64,000 nucleotides of DNA from Nitrososphaerota archaeon. GTDB taxonomy: Archaea > Thermoproteota > Nitrososphaeria > Conexivisphaerales > UBA164. The DNA is taken from the NCBI GenBank assembly GCA_009903795.1, contig WYER01000003.1, forward strand, positions 8,637 through 72,636. Reading direction: 5' to 3'. Below the pieces are notes generated by a model. It was given only the letters and a program-made list of their open reading frames with translations. It did not search any database and had not been told where the DNA came from. The translations under genes were made by a program, and so were the position numbers. This document shows, piece by piece, positions 38,767 through 46,159 of this stretch. Every line of letters starts with the position of its first letter. The first letter of the stretch is position 1.

Positions 38767-38998
38767 TTTCTGACATCCTCTCCGTCCCAAAGGGCTATGT
38801 TACCTTAGGGCGGATCATAGGTTCGTGGTTTATCGCCTTCATCTTCATCACTTCATAGCTAGTGGGATTTACCAACCCCGCTCCGTTCGTCCAGCGATAG
38901 ACCACGGGCTGTGCCTCCAGCCACTTACCCCTATCCTCATTGGACTCAGCGATATGTAGAGCCCTCGTGGGGCGTCCCTCTACGGGACACAGTTTAAT
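38767..38998 (-). ncRNA. Unclassified GC-rich structured RNA candidate (reduced RNase P RNA is one hypothesis)
   Basis: This is about 230 nt with no ORF, and it is markedly more GC-rich than its surroundings. The ends pair (CUGUGUCCC at 38984-38992 with GGGACGGAG at 38780-38788). Internal hairpins include GUAGAG...CUCUAC and GGCUG-GAGGCA-CAGCC, and there is a GUGAUGA K-turn-like motif. A TATA box lies 26 nt upstream, and the RNA sits 13 nt upstream of tRNA-Gly on the same strand. Confidence 0.5.
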
Positions 38999-39017
38999 AC
39001 GCTTTACAATGTCTTAG

Positions 39018-39029
39018 TATTTAAATTTT
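39018..39029 (-). promoter_or_regulatory. Archaeal TATA box (AAAATTTAAATA on the minus strand) for the structured RNA / tRNA-Gly unit
   Basis: Read directly. The spacing of about 26 nt to the first paired nucleotide of the RNA fits archaeal promoter geometry. It lies only about 12 nt from the IS left end. Confidence 0.5.
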
Positions 39030-39041
39030 ACCCAGCCTCTA

Positions 39042-39800
39042 GGGGTGCCGTTAACTTAAGGCTTAAAATTTATTTTTCAGTGGGGCCCTCTTTCTAGCAA
39101 ATGATTACACAAACCAGAAAAAGGACCCAATAGCACTTATACTCTATGCCTTATATCTTTATTTCTCCAGTTTGAGCTTAAGAAGGGCTTCCCATGTACT
39201 CGAGCCAATAATCAAGAGAAGCCACGTTGCAATATGGAAATGGATTCAGAAGTATTCTTTCGTATTAGATTCCTTTGACGTTGACAAACACGATGTTAAT
39301 TCCATATTTATTGATGAAACTGAAATAAACGTTAGAACGAAGCTTGGTTATGGGTAGCGTATGAACCTCAACTCAAAGCGTTCCTATCATTCCACATAAG
39401 CTGGCACCAAACTCTTTCGATGCATACTATTTCATAAGGAAGCTTGTAAAGTATTGCAGGAAGACTATCTACACAATCGGAGCTCTTTGGTACGTTGATG
39501 CATGTAGGTGGGCAGGGGTAGACATGTTATGTATGGAGAGAGCCTGAAGAACTTCATGTAAAGGATGAATGAATACATAAAGGACAGGACAAAAGCTTTT
39601 GACGACATTTTCCCGTGCAAAAAGCCAAAATTTGAGCACGTAAAGAACTGGTTCAAAGCATTCAGATTCTTCTATGTATTCACAAACGAGAAAATTGGTT
39701 CAGCTCCACTTTCAAATGAACAGCTGTCTGAATGGATTAAGCCAATTTTGTTGATTGCAAGCATGAGGTGATCAGAATGAGCTTAAGTTAACGGCACCCC
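39042..39800 (+). mobile_element. IS element (IS6-like by transposase remnants) with 19-bp terminal inverted repeats and a disrupted transposase
   Basis: The left inverted repeat (IRL) is GGGGTGCCGTTAACTTAAG at 39042-39060. The right inverted repeat (IRR) is CTTAAGTTAACGGCACCCC at 39782-39800, its perfect complement. TCTA flanks both ends. The transposase reads across three frames with stops: ...SLSLRRASHVLEPIIKRSHVAIWKWIQKY...IFIDETEINV..., then W.AYEPQLKAFLSFHIS, then ...YIKDRTKAFDDIFPCKKPKFEHVKNWFKAF. Confidence 0.75.
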
Positions 39801-40132
39801 TCTAGAAGAGGCGAGGCTTTTGTTCGTTTTGTAAACCTAGAAGAATATTCATACACTATTAACTATAAACGCTTCTTATCCTTTTATTTTATATCAATCG
39901 GCATGCCACAATAAGTTTGAGAATCCTTTTTCGTACCTTAGCCATTTCTCTTTGTGAAACTTTTTAGGCTAGCGCATTGTAATTAAGCCTCCTTAGATGA
40001 CCATCTTGTTGCCAACGTTTTTATCCTTTCGCTCTGAGAATTTTGCGATATAGCCCACATTGGCTCTGTGCATTTTGTAAAGCTTAATGATTTAATGATT
40101 TCATGTTTAACTTAGGCAAAGGTTATGCCTTT

Positions 40133-40270
40133 TTATGAACATGTAGTGTGCCTTTTGCATTTACTGTAAAGCTGCTTTACCCTTCTGGTTGATATTCCTG
40201 CTGCGTCTGCAATTTCTCTGTTAGTAAATTTTTCTTTAGCGTTAAAGATTGAAATGATCTTTGTTAAGCA
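40133..40270 (-). pseudogene. Orphan helix-turn-helix gene fragment (45 codons, no start)
   Basis: My own translation gives CLTKIISIFNAKEKFTNREIADAAGISTRRVKQLYSKCKRHTTCS*. This is a typical HTH (REIA...GIS..TV) such as a transposase or resolvase N-terminus. It has no Met and an upstream stop. Confidence 0.3.
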
Positions 40271-40364
40271 TCACAGCATGCTTTTTTATCAAATTTATCC
40301 ATAATCTGCTTAATTTGTTTACAAACTAGATGTTTAAGAGTATGAGATAATTTCCAAATAAATT

Positions 40365-40844
40365 TTATACTATCTTTGAATCCCAGATACCTTTGTCTAC
40401 TTCCTGAATTACTTCTTTCGGGTTTTTTCCTTCAACCTTTATACCCATAGAAACGCAGGTTCCCAGAACAGTTTTTACTGCTCCCTTGAGCGTCTTCGCG
40501 CTCATGGCGTTAAACTTGGCCTTTGCGACTTTAACTACGCTCTCAAATTTTATGTCTCCTACCCACTCTGTTCCTGGTTTACTTGAACCTTTCTGGGCGT
40601 TTGCTTCTTTCAGCAACAACGCTGACGTTGGCGGCAGTTTAACGATTACATTAAAGGATTTGTCTTCACCAACCTCAACTACTACAGGCACTTTCATACC
40701 CTTGTACTCAGCCGTTAGCTCATTAATTTTCTTAACAACCATCGGGACATTAAGGCCCAAAGGACCTAGAGCTGGCCCTATAGGTGGCCCTGCGTTGGCT
40801 TCTCCACCTACAACAACAAAGTTAAAAGATTTCTTTTCTGCCAT
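40365..40844 (-). CDS. rpl11: Ribosomal protein uL11
   Basis: 159 aa with VVGGEANAGPPIGPALGPLGLNV. Confidence 0.95.
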   Translation of the reverse strand: MAEKKSFNFVVVGGEANAGPPIGPALGPLGLNVPMVVKKINELTAEYKGMKVPVVVEVGEDKSFNVIVKLPPTSALLLKEANAQKGSSKPGTEWVGDIKFESVVKVAKAKFNAMSAKTLKGAVKTVLGTCVSMGIKVEGKNPKEVIQEVDKGIWDSKIV

Positions 40845-40970
40845 CTAGATTCCTTTGTATCCCCTTTTTAAAAGATTTTCTAAAACTCATTAACTAACCT
40901 GCCATTATGGCCACGGCTTCCCGGTTCATCGATATGCTTGCGTGTTTGTTTTTATAATTTTTATTATACA

Positions 40971-41045
40971 GCCTGAACTCCTTATAGCTCTAAAGGTGGT
41001 TCCTGAGGTCTTAAGGTTATACTCTTTTGCTGGTACTGCTTAACG
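40971..41045 (+). repeat. Dispersed intergenic repeat, family B, weaker copy 3
   Basis: gcctgaactccttatagctctaaaggtggttcctgaggtcttaaggttatactcttttgct aligns with 18233-18295 (gcctgagcttacatacagggctttaggtttccagttgtcttacgatgcacttttact). Confidence 0.3.
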
Positions 41046-41073
41046 CTTTATAGTTAGCAACGATATAAAAATG

Positions 41074-41739
41074 TCATTCCAAAGCTTCCTTTTTCGCATC
41101 TTCTAGTATTTTTACGAGCATCTCCATGGTAAGCTTCTTTGTAAAAGTGTTCTGGGGTGAAGGATGATAAGAACAGATTATGGTTAATGAATCAGCTTTA
41201 ACTTTACAGCCGTGTGAAAACTTTTGAGCCTTATCTGGTTTCTTTCCGAGCAATTCAATGATTTTCAGAGTCCATATGTAAGCAAAAGATCCAAGAACTA
41301 CGATAACTCGAGGATTAATCATTTCAATCTCTCTTTTAAGAAACTTTTTGCTACATGTTTTGGCTTCATCTGATGTAGGTTTGTTGCCTGGCGGAGCGCA
41401 CTTGACGACGGCAGTTATGTATGCATGATGTACCTTAAGCCCATCATTTATATTAACAGAAAACGGCTTGTTAGAATAACCAGCCCTGTAAAGCGCTTCA
41501 AAAAGAAAATCCCCCGATTTGTCGCCAGTAAAAACTCTCCCTGTTCTGTTACCGCCATGAGCGCTTGGTGCCAATCCTATTATCATTATTTTAGAACGCG
41601 GGTTGCCGAAGCCTGGAACGGGTTTTTTCCAGTAACCGTTTAAAGCTTCTTTTATTTCAGGAACAGATTCCCTGTAATTTACAAGCCTGGGACAAGCCTT
41701 GCATGAGATAATTTCATTATATAAAATAGACTCTGACAA
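41074..41739 (-). CDS. udg: Uracil-DNA glycosylase, family 4/5 (Fe-S type)
   Basis: 221 aa with CKACPRL, GLAPSAHGGNRTGRVFTGD and SYHPSPQN motifs. Confidence 0.85.
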   Translation of the reverse strand: MSESILYNEIISCKACPRLVNYRESVPEIKEALNGYWKKPVPGFGNPRSKIMIIGLAPSAHGGNRTGRVFTGDKSGDFLFEALYRAGYSNKPFSVNINDGLKVHHAYITAVVKCAPPGNKPTSDEAKTCSKKFLKREIEMINPRVIVVLGSFAYIWTLKIIELLGKKPDKAQKFSHGCKVKADSLTIICSYHPSPQNTFTKKLTMEMLVKILEDAKKEALE

Positions 41740-41741
41740 TT

Positions 41742-42626
41742 TTAATCCAACAATCTTTCAACAACCCATGATGGTTTAAAAGGTATAAGGTCTTCATAGC
41801 TCTGCCCAGTACCAAGGTACATTATTGGTTTCTTGGTATAAAAAGCAAGGTTCAGTATAGAACCCCCTTTTACTTCAGCATCAACCTTTGTAACTATTGA
41901 GTGAGAAAACCCAGGAGTTTGAAGGAAAGCCGTTGCCTGGTTTATCATATCATATCCTGCCAGCGCATCGCCAACAAAAATGTTAAGGTCTGACTTAACG
42001 ACTTTTACCAGCTTCGATAGCTCATTCAGCAAAGACTCATTGGTCTGCATCCTTCCAGCTGTATCTATAAGAAGTACGTCATAGCCGTTTGAGATTGCAT
42101 ATTCATAAGCTTCTCTTGAGAGGGCTGCAGGGTCAACGCCGTATTTTTTCGAAAAAACTTCCACCCCTATTCTAGATCCATGTTCAGCCAGTTGTTCTAT
42201 CGCGCCTGTTCTATAAGTGTCTGCCGCAACCATCAGCGGCCTGTACTTTAACTTTTTAAGCGAATAAGCAACTTTTGCAACTGTCGTGGTCTTTCCAGTA
42301 CCGTTAATTCCAAGAAAAACCGTTATAAAAGGCTTCTTTGCAGCCTTTCTGTAGATGTCTGGCAGCGTTTCAGTATCCTGAAAAATCTGAATTATTGCCC
42401 TCGATAGAAGTTCTCTTATAGTTTCCTGTTTTGTGCCGTTGGCTTTTACGCTCTTTACTTCTTCTATAAGCTTGCTTTTAAAATAATCTATTACGTCAAT
42501 AGAAACGTCTGCTTCTATAAAATCAATCTCCCTTTCTTTAAAAAATTCTTCTATATCTCTCTCAGTTATCTTACCCGTTATGCTTGAGATAAAATCAGAA
42601 AAAACCTTTTTCAGCTTATCGAACAT
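41742..42626 (-). CDS. ftsY: Signal recognition particle receptor FtsY
   Basis: 294 aa with GINGTGKTTT, DTAGR and TKVDA GTPase motifs. Confidence 0.95.
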   Translation of the reverse strand: MFDKLKKVFSDFISSITGKITERDIEEFFKEREIDFIEADVSIDVIDYFKSKLIEEVKSVKANGTKQETIRELLSRAIIQIFQDTETLPDIYRKAAKKPFITVFLGINGTGKTTTVAKVAYSLKKLKYRPLMVAADTYRTGAIEQLAEHGSRIGVEVFSKKYGVDPAALSREAYEYAISNGYDVLLIDTAGRMQTNESLLNELSKLVKVVKSDLNIFVGDALAGYDMINQATAFLQTPGFSHSIVTKVDAEVKGGSILNLAFYTKKPIMYLGTGQSYEDLIPFKPSWVVERLLD

Positions 42627-43050
42627 TTTGAACCCTTTTTAATAGCTCACTTAACTCATACCTTGCTCCTTCAAGCTTTTCCTCCACTGCTTTTTTGTCT
42701 TGTTGAGCATTTGATAAAGCTTTTTCTAGTTCTTCTATTCTTTCTTTTAAAAAGTTCAGAGCGTAATCTTTATTCTTGACCATCAGAACCCCTCCTCCAA
42801 CCTTTAACATTATCTTGCTTGAAGAATCAACTTTCGTTTTTAACAAAACATCGCCGCCCAGAGGAACTACTATTTCTGATTCTTTGTCCTCAGGAAGTGT
42901 TTCTATTGCGAGCTGCGCTGCCTTTGTCTCTTCAATAGCCTGTCCAATCAAGTAAATTCTGGATATTATGCTTTCGTAGTAATTTTCTAAAACCTGTATC
43001 GCGTTAGCGAGCTCATTAATTCTGTTTTCAACATCAGATTGACTCTGCAA
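42616..43050 (-). CDS. pfdA: Prefoldin alpha subunit
   Basis: 144 aa arranged as coiled coil, two beta hairpins (VPLGGDVLLK, VGGGVLM), then coiled coil. It is adjacent to ftsY, as in many archaea. Confidence 0.8.
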   Translation of the reverse strand: MQSQSDVENRINELANAIQVLENYYESIISRIYLIGQAIEETKAAQLAIETLPEDKESEIVVPLGGDVLLKTKVDSSSKIMLKVGGGVLMVKNKDYALNFLKERIEELEKALSNAQQDKKAVEEKLEGARYELSELLKRVQNVR

Positions 43051-43106
43051 TTTATGTTAACACCATCAAATTCTTGGTTAATTAACTTATTTATCTTTTT
43101 ATTTTG

Positions 43107-44081
43107 CTAAAGTCCAGCTATTTCTTTCAGAACAGACTTAAAGCTAGATATAAACCTTTTAGATTCTTCGTCTGAATTTCCAACATAAATTCCAAATCCA
43201 TAAAAAAATGATTCAACAATGCTGTTTACTGTAAACATCTGAATATAATTATGATAATATGTTACTGTTCTCTTGGGAGGAAGCAAATGAAAAACTATTG
43301 CGTAGTCGCTTTTTGAAACGTTATAAAGGGTTTTTGAAACTGTTAGTAACAGGAAGGCAAGGTCCTGCAGCTCTTTTTGCGTAAGCTTTGTTATAGGTTT
43401 ATAATGTGTAGTGCTTGTTATCCTTATTTCGTTAGTTCTTGAAGGGGACCATGGGTAGTAAGCTATCCAGTTTTCATTGCTATAAATCAGCTTTGAACCA
43501 GATTCTTCAGCTTTTATTACTTCGCATAATGGGCATGAATTTTTTTCTTCAAAAGCCTTCATGAACCTGTTCATCTCTTCGTTTATGGTTTTTGGAACAA
43601 AAGGTAGCCCTAATACGTCAAAATGAGGGTGTCCCTCCATGTCTTGGCCTTTAGCGGAAAGCATTATAACGCCTATGTATATAACGCGGTTCAGATCAGC
43701 TAGCTTTTTGTAAGTTTCCTGAATAGCGAACAACGCTTCGTATATTTGATCTTTAGAAAGCTCGTGAAAAGGCACGTGTTCCTTCCCTATGAAAATGGTG
43801 TAATGCTTTCCTTTAGCTGGTTCACTTTTGTATGGCCAATCGTTCCACTCTCCTGTATATTTATCATCAACAAGCGGTAACGGATGCTCCCCAACCAAAA
43901 CGTCCCAGCTTTCTATATCGTCTTTCTTTATTCTGAGAAAGCTTGACCTGTTCGTGTTCTCTTTTAATATAGAAAAAATGGGAGTAAATTCATTATTACA
44001 AACAGGGCACTTTATTGGAAAATTAGCGTCCCATTGTATATGGGTAACGCCAGTTATATTATCGTACCTTATTTGTGGCAT
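43107..44081 (-). CDS. GalT-like nucleotidyltransferase (HIT superfamily, galactose-1-phosphate uridylyltransferase family)
   Basis: 324 aa, colinear with GalT blocks: CPVCNNE, GKHYTIFIGKEH, GHPHFDVLG (HxHxQ-like), CPLCEVI, ENWIAYYPWSP and YAIVFH. Confidence 0.55.
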   Translation of the reverse strand: MPQIRYDNITGVTHIQWDANFPIKCPVCNNEFTPIFSILKENTNRSSFLRIKKDDIESWDVLVGEHPLPLVDDKYTGEWNDWPYKSEPAKGKHYTIFIGKEHVPFHELSKDQIYEALFAIQETYKKLADLNRVIYIGVIMLSAKGQDMEGHPHFDVLGLPFVPKTINEEMNRFMKAFEEKNSCPLCEVIKAEESGSKLIYSNENWIAYYPWSPSRTNEIRITSTTHYKPITKLTQKELQDLAFLLLTVSKTLYNVSKSDYAIVFHLLPPKRTVTYYHNYIQMFTVNSIVESFFYGFGIYVGNSDEESKRFISSFKSVLKEIAGL

Positions 44082-44103
44082 CGTTACTATCTAAAACCAA
44101 TTA

Positions 44104-44727
44104 TTATAAAAGTTTTTTAAGTTCATACTTCTTTAAAATGCTGCCTTTATCGTTTAATTCATAAACTATCGGAACGCCTGTTGGTATCTCGACGTTTATT
44201 ATGTCTTTCGGCGAAATGTTTTCCAAATACATCACTATTGACCTAAGGCTGTTTCCATGGGCTACTACAAGAACGTTCTTTTTGTAATAAGTTAGGTCCA
44301 ACATTATTGTATTCTTAAAAAATGGCACGGTCCTTTTCTGAGTGTCTTCAAGGCTTTCCCCTCCAGGGGGTTTAACGTCATAGCTTCTCCTCCAAAGCTT
44401 TACCTGATCTTCCCCATAGATTCTTGCCGTTTCTGCTTTGTTCAGTCCCTGAAGGTCACCATAATGCCTTTCGTTAAGATGATAGTCTTTTATAACAGGA
44501 ATGTTATCTCCGATTTCCTTCAGTATTATTTCGAGAGTTTCTATAGCTCTGGAAAGCTGGCTCGTGTAGGCTACGTTGAGCTTTATGCCGCTTTCCTTTA
44601 TGAGTTCTCCTGCGATTTTAGCTTCCTGTCTTCCTTTTTCAGTTAACGGAACGTCAACCCAGCCAGTAAACCTGTTTTCCATATTCCAAAGAGACTCCCC
44701 ATGCCTTACAAGTATCAAATAAACCAT
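44104..44727 (-). CDS. gpmA: 2,3-bisphosphoglycerate-dependent phosphoglycerate mutase
   Basis: 207 aa with LILVRHGESLWNMENRFTGWVDVPLTEKG and VVAHGNSLR motifs. Confidence 0.9.
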   Translation of the reverse strand: MVYLILVRHGESLWNMENRFTGWVDVPLTEKGRQEAKIAGELIKESGIKLNVAYTSQLSRAIETLEIILKEIGDNIPVIKDYHLNERHYGDLQGLNKAETARIYGEDQVKLWRRSYDVKPPGGESLEDTQKRTVPFFKNTIMLDLTYYKKNVLVVAHGNSLRSIVMYLENISPKDIINVEIPTGVPIVYELNDKGSILKKYELKKLL

Positions 44728-44875
44728 GCAAGAGGTTTTAATTGTTCATAAAATAAACTTTTTTATAAAAGCCATAAAGTTAATTTAATGACATAAACTT
44801 TAGACTTTGCGTTCCTATTTGTATAATCATTAAACATTTGAAAGAGTTTTTATACTTAGTAAAAAAAGTTACTTT

Positions 44876-45520
44876 ATGGCTTTAACTGTGTTTTTTGTTA
44901 GACATGGATATGCAGAAAACAACAGGGACGGATTGTTTCCTAACGATGTAGAAAACGAATACAAACTTACAGAAAAAGGTTTAGAGCAGGCCAAAGAAGC
45001 AGCTGAATTTTTACTAAATACAAAGGCCGAGGCAATATTTTCAAGCCCAATATACAGAGCTTACCAGACAGCAAAGATAATAGGTGAAAAACTTTCCCTC
45101 GAAGTTGTAAAAGACGAAAGGCTTAGAGAGGTCGAGCTTGGAAACCTTAGAAACAAATCTACAAAGGAAATATTTGAAAAAGACCCTGAGTGGTTTATGG
45201 AGTACTTTAATTCTGAAACCGTATATGGGTTGGAAAAGTACCAGAAGATAAGGGAAAGAATGCTAGATTTTGTTAAGGACACTTTTGAAAAAGGTTACAC
45301 AAAAGTAATAGCAGTTAGCCACCTGGAACCGATAAGAGCTCTTCTTACTCTCCCGCTTAATATTAATGGAAAAGAAGTCAGAAAGATAGAGATACAACAC
45401 GCATCAATAAGCACGATGAGGTTTGAGGATCCAGATTTAAAAGAAATAAGAATACTTTCAGTAGGCTGTGTCCCGCTTAACCGCTTTTTGCATGATGCCA
45501 ATAACTTCAGCAAAAAATAA
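44876..45520 (+). CDS. Histidine phosphatase family protein (PGM/CobC-like)
   Basis: 214 aa with FVRHGYAENN (RHG) and AVSHLEPIRA (second His) motifs. Confidence 0.8.
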   Translation: MALTVFFVRHGYAENNRDGLFPNDVENEYKLTEKGLEQAKEAAEFLLNTKAEAIFSSPIYRAYQTAKIIGEKLSLEVVKDERLREVELGNLRNKSTKEIFEKDPEWFMEYFNSETVYGLEKYQKIRERMLDFVKDTFEKGYTKVIAVSHLEPIRALLTLPLNINGKEVRKIEIQHASISTMRFEDPDLKEIRILSVGCVPLNRFLHDANNFSKK

Positions 45521-45539
45521 AAATTATTAAAACGATAAA

Positions 45540-45800
45540 ATGTTTATGAAATTAGTCCTGTACGGGAGCCTTTCAAGTAAGCTTGGAAAAGAACTTAACA
45601 TTGAAGTAAATGGAGAAAAAAACCTCAAAGAAATACTTGAAGAGCTTTCTGCAAAAGAACCAAATTTAAAACCAGACAATCCAAACATTCTGGTTTTTGT
45701 AAATGACGTTGAGGTATCACTTATAGGGGGTCTTTCTTACAAGCCTAAAAACGAAGATAAAGTACTTGTATTGCCTGTAGCGCATGGCGGTCAGTATTGA
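45540..45800 (+). CDS. Ubiquitin-like beta-grasp protein (MoaD/ThiS/SAMP family) with a GG-QY C-terminus
   Basis: 86 aa. ...VFVNDVEV......L...DKVLVLPVAHGGQY* matches the MoaD/ThiS C-terminal pattern (N...v......l.dgDev.l.PpvsGG) but carries two residues after GG. Confidence 0.7.
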   Translation: MFMKLVLYGSLSSKLGKELNIEVNGEKNLKEILEELSAKEPNLKPDNPNILVFVNDVEVSLIGGLSYKPKNEDKVLVLPVAHGGQY

Positions 45801-46132
45801 AGGTTTTGATAGATAAGGAACCTGATGGACCAGTTATTTTCATGGTTAACCTAAGAGATGAATGCGTGAAGAAACCTGGCGTTCTTTACCTGGTAGCTTT
45901 ACAGACAATGTTTGCTATACAGAAGGGCGAGCTTCTTGCGAAAAAGCCCGAGATAGATTTTCTCATGAGGTTGGCAAAAACAGATCAGATTTTTTTGGCG
46001 AAAAAGATCTGCAGCGGTACAGACCACATTGTTTACATAATAGAGAGCGATGATAAAACCGTAGAAAAAATATCTGAAGAAGATATAAATGAGGCAGAGC
46101 TTTCAGCTCTTGTAAGCGCTAAAAAAAGTTAA
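45797..46132 (+). CDS. Cgi121-like protein (KEOPS subunit homologue, short form)
   Basis: 111 aa with a TTG start overlapping the Ubl stop. KPEIDFLMRLAKTDQIFLAKKI resembles the Cgi121 motif (EILVRASGQRQIHEAIK in the Methanocaldococcus protein). The assignment is by eye only. Confidence 0.45.
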   Translation: MKVLIDKEPDGPVIFMVNLRDECVKKPGVLYLVALQTMFAIQKGELLAKKPEIDFLMRLAKTDQIFLAKKICSGTDHIVYIIESDDKTVEKISEEDINEAELSALVSAKKS

Positions 46133-46159
46133 AAACATTTATGTAAACAAAAATCTCAT

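Noticed and set aside
38767-38998. The structured RNA candidate as SRP (7S) RNA or as a plain box C/D sRNA.
   Set aside because: I could not find the helix-8 GGAA-tetraloop / AGCA-type conserved loops or Alu-domain motifs of SRP RNA. For a C/D sRNA it is far too long, and although GUGAUGA is present no suitably placed CUGA box D is visible. It is left unclassified.
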